From Camelus dromedarius (lineage: Eukaryota), in the NCBI RefSeq assembly GCF_036321535.1, contig NC_087437.1, positions 42,968,001-43,032,000 on the forward strand: a DNA stretch of 64,000 nucleotides, given 5' to 3'. This document shows positions 52,891 through 64,000 of the stretch, in pieces. Under the pieces are notes generated by a model that searched no databases, was not told where the DNA came from, and saw nothing but the letters and a program-made list of their open reading frames with translations. A program made the translations under genes and the position numbers. The stretch's first letter is position 1. Every line of letters starts with the position of its first letter.

Positions 52891-55093
52891 TTAATAGCTG
52901 CTGAAATCTGTTTGTACTTGGACTGACAGGGATAGACGCAAAATTGTGTTGAGATGGGAGTGAACACGTGTAGGGGATTATTGTTAATAAGCTTGGTCAT
53001 TTCACTGAAGTAAGAGAAGTGATAATCTATTTAATTACTAAACATTTAAAGAGTCCATGCTAAAAGCAAGGATTGTACTGAACACTGGGGTTAAGAAGAT
53101 GAGTAGGACATTAGTCCTATTTTTAAATACCAGGACATAGCTACGTGGGTCAGAAAAACATTCAGCAAGTCATAATGCACTGTAGTCACTGCTTTTACAA
53201 TGATAGTGGACATGGAAATTCAGGGGGCAGGACAATCTGGGATGTTTGGCGGTGTTTTGGGGAGGGCCTCATAGGTGTTGACATATGATCTCGTTTGGAA
53301 GGGCAAGTTTAAGTTTTGCTATGGGAAGTGGAAAGAAGGAAATGCAGAGGGTAGCACGTGGACATCCTCAAGTCATAATGATGAACTGGAAACTGAAGTT
53401 TGATGTGAGGTATCCTGGGAGCAGCAACACAGATAGTTTCAGGTAACCTGTATGTAGAAAGAAGCGCCAACTTGAATTTAAAGCATATGCTTTTATAGAG
53501 CTAAGTTTACAACTAGAATTACTGAATGTAAAGGCTGAAAGGAAACCCAGGACTCATTTCATTTATATGGCTACCTTGGTTGATAGCCTCCTTCTCTAGC
53601 CTGAGAGCAGGAATAGAGAGATAGCACTAGAAGCAACCATGTGTAACCAGGTGATAGAAGTCAATATGTGCAGGAGCCTAAGGACATTCTGGGCATAATG
53701 ATCATTTATCCCAAAGAGGGATAAGAATTACTCCGCTGTGTAAAGAGAGAGGCATTGAGAATAAACACCTTATGATGGTGTGAAACAAAGAAAGAAAGTT
53801 AACAACTCCCTGCTGAATGCATGCCGGACACTGAGTATGTAATATTCGCAAACCTCAAAGCACCCCTGAGAGATAGGTGTTTCATAAGTGGAGGGTCAGA
53901 TACACTGTAGGGTGCGCTCAAGTCACAAAGGTGGTAAAGACAGAGTCAGGATTAGAACCAGTGCCTGCCTGGTTCTGAAGTATAGTGAGAGAACAGCAGC
54001 ACCATGCACAGCATCGCCAACCTGAAGCGATGCCTCATGGTGTCACGCAAGCCCTGGATATGTCCATGCCAATGTGGGACTTACGTGAAGTCACAGATCA
54101 ACAAGGCGAAGTGTATAAGATTCCCCTGGGGAACTAGCCTTCCATCTCTACAAACCACCTCTGTGAGACCCCAGTTCTCCTTGTGGTCACCGTGTGCCTA
54201 CAAGCATTGAACATTCAAATGTCACAATGACTCTAAGAAAAGGTGGTAAAGCCTAGATTCTGGTCTCTTGTTCTTCACTCATTTTTAAGGTCACGAATTC
54301 TGGACCCCTGTTCTGATCCCCCTTGGTTGTACTTGCTCTCATAGAAAATTTGACCTCTGTACACTATATAAAATGTCCTATATATTTGGACTTTGTTTTT
54401 ATTTCCGGAACCCCCCAGCTCACTTATTCTGAGCCTAGAAATAATAAGTGACAGTACATATGTAGCATTTATTATTTGCTTGACACTGTTCTAAGCAGTT
54501 TTATATATTTTAACTTATTTAATCCTCATGGCAATAATATGAGGTAGTTACTATATCTTCAGGAATTAAGCCACAGAGCTTCTAATGGCAGAACAGGATT
54601 TGGACTCAAATCTTAACAGTGAAATTAACTTATTAAACACTTCCTATGTGCCATGATGCAACAGGTATTTTATCTTCATTGTTAGTTTCAATTCTCCCAA
54701 TAATTCTGTGAGGTGGGTATTATTATCCCCAATTTGGTAAATGAGGAAAGTAAGCAACTTGGTGGTAGGTGGATATGGGGTCATTTAAGTGTAGGTCTGT
54801 TTGACTTGAAAGCCGAAGCTATTTACTCCATCCATACCTGGAGCCTACCTCCCATTCTGAGCTGGCTCCACTCATCCATGTTAGGTCATGAGAGAGGGGA
54901 AGGAATAAAGGCCTTGATGGGTTCACTGTGCTGCCATATTGGACTTACAGAGACATAGTGGGAGGAATGAATGGAACAGAAGCTAAACTCACTTAAGAAA
55001 GAAATATTCTCTCCTGGACAGTAGTAGATGTGATTCTCGTTCACAAAAGCTATTTGTGAAGGTAATTTCCAGAAGTGAGCTTAGCTGGATTAC

Positions 55094-55176
55094 CTTCAGA
55101 TATTTAACCATCTGAATAAATTAAGAATTTCCATCATCTTTACTTAATTTAGCACTTTGACTGAGAGCTGTTGGTC
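55094..55176 (-). pseudogene. Exon remnant 4 (83 nt, phase 1-0): (G)PTALSQSAKLSKDDGNS*FIQMVKYLK
   Basis: aag|GTAATC donor. The current AG is 1 nt out of phase, consistent with an ancestral AG>AA change. TAA at 55121-55123. Confidence 0.55.
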
Positions 55177-55515
55177 TTTTATCAGCAGAAAAAACATTAT
55201 TAAGTTAATTGTTTCTTAAGGTGTTAATCTGCTGGTTCTTTAATTTCTCACCTTTCTACTCATATATCTGATTTGATGCTAAGCAAATGCCTGCTCTTTT
55301 GCTTTAATTCTGAAGATAGAGTCTAAATAATTACTTCATAGACTGTTTCTTTACACTTCATCACTTCTCTTTTGTCAGTTGCTTAGTGTATAATTATATT
55401 TAAAATATTCTTTGATTTTAGCTGAAATTCTTTTCACTGCTTGATGCTCTTTTTTAAAAATTAGGTTTCTTGAAGTATTTTTCATTGTCTTGGGTTATTC
55501 TTTAATTGACGTAAC

Positions 55516-55637
55516 CTTTCAGTTCTCCAGCTTTTTTGAACCTTTCAAAATCTTTTTTTTTTCCTTCCCAAATCCTCGCTGTTGTTTTGGCATTCTGTGA
55601 CCTATACTGTTCCTCACTTTTAACATAAACTATTACC
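55516..55637 (-). pseudogene. Exon remnant 3 (122 nt, phase 2-1): VIVYVKSEEQYRSQNAKTTARIWEGKKKDFERFKKAGELK
   Basis: tttttctaatag| acceptor and a weak aag|GTTACG donor. 40 open codons. Position corresponds to a degenerate IQ-motif segment. Confidence 0.6.
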
Positions 55638-55991
55638 CTATTAGAAAAACTACATGTTAATCTATTGTGACACTTAATTTTCTTGAAACGAACATAGATT
55701 CCATAAATTTTATGTTTAAGAAGAGAATTATTTGATTTTGCCGACATCATTTTTTTAATTGCTGTTATTTTTCCAAACACCTTATGGTCAAGATATATGT
55801 GGGAAAATAGATGAGAATATATAGAAATATACTGCTAGAAGATCTTTGAAGTTTTGAAGAATTTTGAAGTTTGTTATAAACAGAAAAATGGTACATAGGC
55901 AAAATAATATGGCACCGTGATAAGTATTGCAAAAACTTTTCTGGAATTTCCTTATTGCTTATTCTGCAAGATGTTTAAAAGCACAAGTCTT

Positions 55992-56323
55992 TTTTTTTTT
56001 TTTTCATTGAAATGTAGTTATTTACAATGTGTCAATTTGTGATATACAGCATAATGTTTCAGTCATATACATACATATATTTGTTTTCATATTCTTTTTC
56101 ATTAAATGCTACTACAAGATACTGAATATAGTTCCCTGTGCTATACAGAAGAAATTTGTTTTTTATCTATTTTTATATATAGTAGCTAATATTTGCAAAC
56201 TTCAAACTCCCAATTTATCCCTTCTCACCTCCTCTCCCTGCCGGTAACCATAAGATTGTTTACTATGTCCGTGAAAATCTGTTTCTGTTTTGTAGATGAG
56301 TTCATTAGTGTCTTCTTTTTTTA
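55992..56323 (-). mobile_element. LINE-1 3'UTR-only insertion
   Basis: T-tract. 3'UTR similar to 8130-8460. Imperfect TSD aaaagcacNNgtctt at 55977-55991 and 56324-56338. Confidence 0.88.
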
Positions 56324-57499
56324 AAAAGCACTGGTCTTCATGGTATTCAATTTTAAGAAGAAAAAAATCAATTTATCTTTAATTTTTTTCTTTCTTAAAC
56401 CATTTCTAGTTCATATGATAGATTTGATTTTGATTCATTTTTATTTTTCGTAAAATTTTAATTTATTTTTTGACAGGTATGAAAATACCCATGCACATTT
56501 CTATAGAAATCATGTTATTAGCCAATCACGTTCTCATTTCCTTTATTTCAGCTAAACTTCCAATTACCTATGAATTCCATGCCTCCTTTCATTCAAAGTC
56601 AGTGTAACCAATTATTTAAACATGTAATTCTCAGTAGATCAAAGATTTTACCTTTGATTGGCAGCCAGTCTAAAGCTCTGCCTTACATTTTATTCCTGTA
56701 AGCCTCCAGATAGGGTATTTGATCCTTGTCTAAGTCCTTAGCTCTTTTTTTGCCCTCATGCCCCTCATCTCCTTATAAAATCCTGCATTTCATTATTAGC
56801 TTCACACAGACCCGCAAGTGGCTGTTTTCTCTTATTAAGTTTCCCCAGGCTCTTCAGCTAAAATGGAGCTCTATTTTATAGAAATGCATTTCGACTCTTA
56901 CTGTTACTATATCTTTTCACTCATTGCTTCAATTTCCTCTTCAGTAGATTTCTTTTGAATTTCCTTTAATTTGGTCCCTTAACTCATGAATTCACCAAAG
57001 CTATATTTCCAAATGTCGCTAATAATCACTTCTTGTTAAAAATCCAAAGCTTTCACTCTGCTCTTGTAGCTCTTTCACTCTTGATTACTTTAGACACATT
57101 TAAAACTCTTCTTATTGCTTGTATTTTTTTCTCAGCTCCAAGACCCTATGGGTTGTAGATGTTTGATGTCATCTCTTTCAGATGTGTCTTTCAACTTAAA
57201 GTCATTTATAGTATTTGATCTCTTGAGAACCACCTGTGGCTATTTCAGGGTATAGCTAAGTCTTCTCTTCTGTTTTCAGGAAGTGGCAGAGTAAAGGATA
57301 ATTGGGACTACATTTATATTCCTAATTTTTTTGCTTTCTTTGTTCAGTTTTCATACTGCCCAGAAGACATAACCACTAGGATAACCCATTGCCATCTTAA
57401 AGCAAACCAGAATCTACCAGCTCTTTCCTATCGCTAAGCCATTTGTCTTAATGTGTTTATGTGTTTCTTGAAGAAATATCAGTGATTAATTAGATGCTG

Positions 57500-58145
57500 T
57501 ATATTGTCTGTATCACCATAATAAGCAAAGGCTGCTCTAATACTAGTCATATTTGATAGTAAGCACTTGGAATGTGACTAGTGATTAATTTCACCTATTT
57601 CTTTTTTGTCTATAAATGCAAATGATATATTTTGTATTCATAGGGTTAAATAAAATATTAGTAAAATTATTTTCTCCTGTTTCCTTTTACATTTTTAAAT
57701 GTGGCTACTAGAAAACTTAAAATTACATATGTAGCTTACATTTTATTTTATTGGACAGTGCTGGACTAGGCTGTGCTACAGTTGCAACTCCCAAATCTTA
57801 GTGATTCACAGCTACAAAGGTTTCATTCTCCCTCATGCTACATGTCTGTTGCACATTGACTAAAACTTGTGCTCTATGTGCCCTCACTTTAGAACCCAAG
57901 TTGATGGAACAGCTACTGTTTCAAAGTCTGACAGTCAATGGGATAGAGGGAATGAGAACTGTGCGGGTCTTGAACAAACAGTGAAATGCTCTGGCCCTGG
58001 AAGTGACTTGCTTTACACCCTTGTTCTTGATACATTGACCAGCAAAGTTTATAAGGTCTGACACAGCTGTAAGATCAGGAAGTATAGCACTACTATGTCC
58101 AGAAGATAGAGAACCAAGAGCATATGATAAATAGCATTAATATGC
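57500..58145 (-). mobile_element. MLT1-type LTR with a nested MER33-like hAT MITE (about 57530-57763)
   Basis: MER33 end aatgtggctactagaaaacttaaaattacatatgtagct..ttggacagtgctg, then LTR ctcccaaatcttagtg..caaaggtttcattctc. Confidence 0.75.
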
Positions 58146-60641
58146 TATGGTCTTTTGGAAAGTTCTTTTTGATTGTTTTTCTCTATTGATTAGTCTCCTT
58201 AATACAAAATGGCCTCAGCTGTCGGTTTTTCTCTAGTTGGCTATTTGGAAATGCTATTTTGGCAATTATACCATTATCTTTATAGAATAATAGAAATTAT
58301 TAGATTATCTTTAGTGGTATTTTGAATTATTTTCAGTTTCTCATTAGAACTTAGTCATTATTGGACAAGTCATATACAACTGTTAAAGTTCAAATTAAAT
58401 CTGTATTAGAAAATTTTGAAAGGCAAATAACCTCTTTGTTTATAAATTATATTTTTTCGTGATCATCGAATTAAAGGACCTTGTGTATATTTTTCATATG
58501 CTACAGAGATGTATTTCCAGTTTAGAACAGACTTCACAGCAGTTATCAAAGTCATGAACTATAATCATGAGAAGAACAGAAAATACTGAGTTATTTGTTT
58601 CCCCATGAGCATGGGGGCAACCATTCTTCCTGTGAGACACTGCTGGTGTTGGTGTCACCTGGTTCTTTTGGAAAATAAAGCCAATAATCTTAATTATTCA
58701 AGTTCATCTTAGGCTTCTTTCAGACAGTTGATGTAAAATTCTAGATGAGGAGCTCACCCTCCATGACAACAGCCAAACTACATTTTTTCACACAATCACC
58801 AAAAAAGATCCCATAAGATGTAATTATGTAGGGAGGTGAAGGACGATAGTGAAAATGTCACAGGCTTTGGAACATAGACTTTTCAACCAGTAAGCATCTC
58901 CATGCCACACCATTTGCTCAGTGACTTTCATTAAAGGATTTAAACTTATTAAGCCTCCTCTGCTCTGGAAAACGGGGCAAGTTCTCACCTTGTAGGATTG
59001 TTATGTGCCTGGCAGACTGCTGGCACATACTAATTCCATAGCAAATGCTAGTTGTTATTAGAAGAGCTATAAAGTAGCTTCATATCCTAATTGGTGGCAA
59101 CATAAAGAGCATATTACTGTTCACAGATGGATTCCTCCTGCAGAAGTGTTCTCATTATCAGTTTCTTCTTGATAGCTTTTTCATTTTATTTTGAAATTGT
59201 ACAGTCTGTTCCAACGTGTCCTTCAACCCTGAGTCTTGTTCTGCCTTTACTGTGTTCTCACACACCCTAGGTCACCCTTTGTTTAAATCGCTAGAGGCTT
59301 TTCCTCAAGCGGGCCCCACAGCTAGTCTCTGGCTTTGGTCATTTCTCTCTGCCCCTTTCCCCACAGCACTTTGCTTAAGCCACTCTCATGGCATTTATTA
59401 CATACGCCCTTCTACTACAGTCTTGTATATAAGAGTTACTGCTCTGTAAATCTTAGGCTTTTTAAGGAAGGAATATCACGGTAAGGATCAATGACAAGTA
59501 CATGGAAAGCACATTCTGTACTAAGTCCTCCAAAGCCCTTATCTCAATTTAAATCTCTAAAGGACACGAAAAGTCAGATGTTATATTATTCCTGTTTTAT
59601 AGATAAGGGAACTTGGGGCTAAGACAGTAAGTACCCAAGGTGATACCAACAGGGAAGATTCAAAGCCCAGTTGGCCTCTATCTAAAGCTCGAGTTCTAAA
59701 CCACCGCCGCATGTCCTGCCCCACTTCTGCTCACTCCCGTGGGCCGCTCCCCTCTCCCTCCTCAACACTCAGCAGAATGTCTTGATGCGTATTTTTACTT
59801 GATTAATAAAATAAATTTAAATTTTCTTAACCATCATTGCTTTTATTAGTAGTCAGCTCTTACGTTATTCATAAAACTGAAGGGATCAAAAGCATCAGTA
59901 ACTTAAGAACCACTGAAAGTAGTACCTCTCTCCTCCATTATTTTAGACAAAGAAGACCAATCCCAGGACGTGCTGAGAGGGCCTGTTTTAACTGGACAGG
60001 AGCTAACTGTCCCACAGTCTACAATTTAACAAAATAACAATGAAAAAATAGAGGGGAAAAAAAAAAACAAACACAAGAACTAAAGGAAAATAAAGTAGAA
60101 AAACCAGATGCCGGGGGCAAGGCTTGTTCACAAGGATATGACTCATACGACCATAGGCAGTGAGTGGGGAAAAACTGCAGATTTGTTGCTGATCTTCACA
60201 CCAAAGTAAAGTGGAAATGTAATCAAATATGAGGTTTAGTGTTCCTAATACGGAAAGGACTGCTTGCCCAAGGGAAATTTAACATATATAGGCATGTTTT
60301 GGTGGAGCAAAAAATATCCTTTATGAAATACAACATTACTTTTTCCATGGCTGCTTGGTAAGTTTTGCTTTGTGACACAGCAGTGCAACAGAACTGACTT
60401 TATATTAAGTGATGTGTGTTCTGTCCTCCCACCAAATGCCCATCTTACTCCCTACTACATTTAGACATCAGGCTACAAGAGGCAGGGCTGAGAAGGGCAT
60501 TATGAATATTAATAATACATAAAATGAAGGGGAAAAATATAAGTTAGATAGTATTTAGGCTACTAAAATTATCAGACTCCAAAACTAGAGTGAGATGATC
60601 AAGCCAGTATAAACAATGACCGCACATGTTATCTCAGTTAC

Positions 60642-60759
60642 TTTTGGTGATGATGGACAAGACCTGTTTTTTTCAATAATGATTTCATACATTCTTTTAA
60701 TACTGACTTCATGCTTCAATGTTGTTTCTTCAGCAACCATTGCTAGCTTTTGGTTTTCT
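60642..60759 (-). pseudogene. Exon remnant 2 (118 nt): ENQKLAMVAEETTLKHEVSIKRMYEIIIEK.. with a probable 1-nt frameshift, possibly in the A7 run
   Basis: Long pyrimidine tract (ttgaccttctgtttttcctacttattttgacaag|) and aaa|GTAACT donor. Open frame. Removing one A gives ..EKTGLVHHHQ and the phase 2 end required by exon 3. Confidence 0.6.
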
Positions 60760-61523
60760 CTTGTCAAAATAAGTAGGAAAAACAGAAGGTCAAATGGGTA
60801 TGGCATTTTTTTATTTAAAAATAGGTCATGACATTTGAATATAGCCAAGGACATGCACAGGTGAGTTTTGACAGAACTGAGGGTACTTTCACAGCCATCA
60901 GGTCAACTGTCATTATCTAAAAATGATTAACTGATTTACAGAGTCATGTGGCAAAAGCAAAGTGCTAGGCAGCAGAAGAGGGTTGAGGAATATATATTAA
61001 GTTGCCTCCTGGAGTTCTCTTTTTGAGTGTTGTTGAGGCCTCAAGAAATTTGACTGGCTTGGTGAATCCCTTTCTCTTTGATCCTCTGTTTCTCCTGCAT
61101 GTGTCTGTGGGGATGGGAAGATGGCCATTGGTCCAGCTGTCATCTTACCAATCACTGGGCTCTCCTGAGAGGTGACCAGGCAGGCCTCTCAGGTTCCCGT
61201 TGTTTTAAGCACAGTCAGTTCTTGAGATGGTTAATCTTTCCTGATAATGAGGACTTAATTCTATTTTAATTGTGATTTTTACTGCCTCCCAGTTTCCATT
61301 TCTATTACTTTATTCACTGAGGGACAGTTAATCACCCATTGACATTTGAAGGAGAAAGTAAACAATCTTTTGAACTTTAATGTGTAAATAATAAAACTTT
61401 AATCCACACCAGAATCTCTTCATGTGCCCATTAAAATGCAAATTTATGGTCCCTCCCACAGACTCAGTGAAGTTTGAGAACCGGTACCTCATATGAAGTA
61501 GCATAACAAAAAGTAATTCTTAC

Positions 61524-61628
61524 TTAATCTTCATGGTTTTAATTATTTAAAGATTTACTGTTGTGTAAGAATGCTGAAGAATGGCTAGCAGTCTTTCCAT
61601 GTGTTACCATACCAGCTCCTTATGGGGG
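61524..61628 (-). pseudogene. Exon remnant 1 (105 nt, phase 2-2): PHKELVW*HMERLLAILQHSYTTVNL*IIKTMKI
   Basis: cctgtag| acceptor and taa|GTAAGA donor. Joins exon 2 to read KTMKIKENQ. Two stops. Confidence 0.5.
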
Positions 61629-61640
61629 CTACAGGCCAAG

Positions 61641-61828
61641 CAGTGTTTCTCAACCAGTGTTCCACAAGGAATTAAGCTCTAATGACTTAAGACATCTATT
61701 ATATGTAATGAATTAGCTTTTCTGTTATGCCTCTAGAATGATACTAGTTATCTACGAATGTCCATAGAGTGGAAAAAATAATCACTTAATTTTCCATGTT
61801 CTGATGTTCAGAGAGGAACCTTGTTGAG
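61641..61828. mobile_element. hAT-Charlie type MITE remnant
   Basis: Left terminus cagtgtttctcaacc; eroded right terminus ..ggaaccttgttgag. Confidence 0.55.
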
Positions 61829-62004
61829 GCAGAGAATTAAAATCATTTTATTGAGCTGTAATTTGGCATTCTCATCCATTAACAAAAACATATTTCTGTT
61901 ACTTAGGATGGATTAGAAGCTGGCAATGTTGTTTGATGTTTTAGAGTGTCTTATTATCAAAGTAAATCATGCACATGTTGAAAAAAAATCAAGTAGCATT
62001 CTTC

Positions 62005-62365
62005 CACTAACTTTTGCTGCAGTGAAAAGCAACTCCAAAATTGCAGTGGCTCATAATAGCAAAGGCTTATTTCTAGTTCACACTGCATATTTATCTCAAG
62101 TCATCTGGGAGCTAACTCTGAAACGTGTATTCTCATTCTGGGTCCCAGGCCTATGATCAGCCACCAGAATTTCTGATTTATGTTACAGAGAAAAAGGGAG
62201 AGGAGGATGAATTATGCACAGGCTCTTACAGCTTCCACAAGTCATTGGCTGTGACTAGTGACACAGCTCCATTCAAATCGTACCAGGATCAGGAAGTTCA
62301 GTCCTGCCATGTTCTCAGGGGGCAGAGGCTGGGAATATTTGGTGAACAATACTAATGATTACAAA
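62005..62365 (-). mobile_element. MLT1-type LTR
   Basis: gctgcagtgaaaagcaactccaaaattgcagtggctcataatagcaaaggcttatttc ... aatatttggtgaacaatactaatga. Similar to 57770-58145. Confidence 0.7.
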
Positions 62366-63086
62366 TTTATTGAAAAACAAGTGTTTACTGTCAGACACTT
62401 CCCTTCTCCTAGGCTCAGTTCACAAGTGACAACCACTTCTGTTTCTCTGTGTACCTTTTCTGCATATTTTTAAAGGATGTGTTGATATCTCTTTAAAAGA
62501 ATTCTGCTCATACATTGTGTATTGATGTCCTGCTATGAAAGAAGAGTTCAGTTCATTCACCCCATCAACTTTTTCTCTGCTCCCTGCCCCCAACCCTTCC
62601 TTCAACTATTTTGCCTTCTTAGGAAGTTAATTGAAGATGCACCATAGTGAAAAGACAGTTTACCAAGAAAGATGAACACAAGGAAAGAGGAGGCTTAACT
62701 TAGAAGCACAGCAACGTGCTGTCCCACGATGATAGCTACACTGCTGGCTTAGGGAACAGCGGGACAAACGGTTTTGGGTGAGCGACTCTGGGAATTTGGA
62801 GGAGTCTATAAAATATAAAGAATGATGAACAACTTGTACAAAACTGAGAAAACAGTAAAGGCATTTGGTAGAGGATTAAAAAAGAAGTCATTCTAAATGA
62901 CACAAAAAGATATTTTCCTTTTTGAAATACAGGGGCTGTTGGACTTATAAGGGATGAAATATAATCATAGGTTGTGACTGACTACGTTTGCAGCATCATT
63001 ATCATAGGAATGTTACCCCAAAAGGTGAAGACCCCAATTCTTGTCAAACCTGAAAGACAGGTTTACAGTTGGGAGATGGTGTGATG

Positions 63087-63559
63087 TGTAATGAAAAATT
63101 TTAAAAGATTTATTTAAAAAGAAAGGAAAAGTACACCCCAAGAACAGGAGGCAGGCTGATCTACGGGAGGAAAGGCGGCGGTTTTTGTCTCCCCTTTCTC
63201 TTTTTTTCCCTCTCTTAGAGGTGGTCTCTTGATTGATTGATGGTTCTTGCCCCTTGAATGCTTAGTCATGTTTGGCCCCTTTGCACATATCCTTAGCCAT
63301 GGTGTACACAGAAAAACCCATGGAGGGGCCTAAACCACAATGTTAATTATAATGCAGTGAACATGGGTCGTGTCTGGTTAAGTCCTTTCTGCTACCATGC
63401 AGTCGCGGCTGTTGGGTTTTAAACAGTTTTTTTGCTGGCACTCATTTAGAAGAAGTAAAGCCCCTTTATGCTGGAGGCAGGCATACCACCACCTTCAGGA
63501 CCACCCTCCCTTTCCTCCACCTATCTGCCTGGTGCTCCCGCTTACCTAACTACCTAATA
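63087..63559 (-). mobile_element. Probable ERV solo LTR
   Basis: Begins tgtaatg with a nearby tttatt (minus-strand AATAAA) and ends cctaactacctaata. GC-richer than the flanks. No clean TSD. Confidence 0.5.
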
Positions 63560-64000
63560 GTAGTAATAATGACTAGGTTTGAGAATTTGGAACTAATCTA
63601 ACTATGTAAGTATAAAAATAAATTTAAGACTGTCAGAGCTTGGGTAGAGCAAAAGAGAGGATAAGGAGCTGGTGGGAGCATTAATGTCCTTTTTCATTCT
63701 ACAAAACTGAGAGTCAGTGCGTACTGTCTGTGATTCCTGACATTTGAAATGGAGGTTTAGCTGTGCACTTTGAAATGGCAAAGGTATCAGTGAGGGACTG
63801 AAGATAGTGATTTAGTTATATGTGGATTGGAAGATTAACTTCCTGAGAAAGGAAGCAGGAATGGTAAGCTGTCTGATACTTTGCATATTGAAAAATGTCT
63901 TTATACTACCCTCCTATTCAACTGATACTTTCAATTTACAGTATTTTTTTTTTCATTTGTAGTTCATTATTTTGAAAGTTTTGCTCTGCTGGTTTTTATA

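Larger units (their letters stand above)
3650..61628 (-). pseudogene. Decayed multi-exon (non-processed) gene, upstream half IQCM-like; may extend beyond the window
   Basis: About 13 AG..GT-bounded segments in non-repeat DNA on the minus strand. Splice phases chain with one frameshift (exon 2), one shifted acceptor (exon 4) and one phase break (exon 6 to 7). Several in-frame stops. Similarity to IQCM is from memory and was not searched. Confidence 0.65.

Noticed and set aside
55516..55590. Resemblance of GKKKDFERFKK to a remembered RGS22 segment (GNRKEFERFKK)
   Set aside because: A single short match with no colinear support from neighbouring exons.
60585..60854. 89-aa minus ORF (and the 92-aa ORF at 55502-55780) as standalone genes
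   Set aside because: Only the splice-bounded cores look coding. The flanks are pyrimidine-tract or intron read-through, so they were treated as exon remnants.
1..64000. CRISPR arrays, operons or other prokaryotic systems; rRNA, snRNA or known miRNA genes
   Set aside because: The sequence is mammalian, with no regularly spaced repeat-spacer array and no RNA gene I could recognise.

Overview
AT-rich mammalian genomic DNA, most likely camelid (three tRNA-derived SINEs of the Vic-1 type). Roughly half of it is interspersed repeat: L1, L2, MIR, MaLR/ERV LTRs, and hAT and Tigger DNA transposon remnants. I found no intact protein-coding gene; the only long ORF (37038-38510) is the ORF2 C-terminus of a young 5'-truncated L1 with a target-site duplication. 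The main hidden structure is a chain of about 13 splice-site-bounded, mostly phase-compatible exon remnants on the minus strand (about 61.6 kb down to 3.6 kb) carrying stops and a frameshift. It reads as a decayed multi-exon gene, and the upstream half is colinearly but distantly similar to my recollection of IQCM (needs a database check). Every L1 and every LTR I could orient lies on the minus strand, which suggests the window sits inside an intron of a plus-strand gene that I could not identify. A CpG-enriched promoter/enhancer-like patch (16.70-16.95 kb) is bracketed by a ~135-bp inverted repeat (~85% identity) that belongs to an interleaved A-B-A'-B' rearrangement. Repeat family names are from recognition of consensus motifs and their boundaries are approximate unless a TSD is given.
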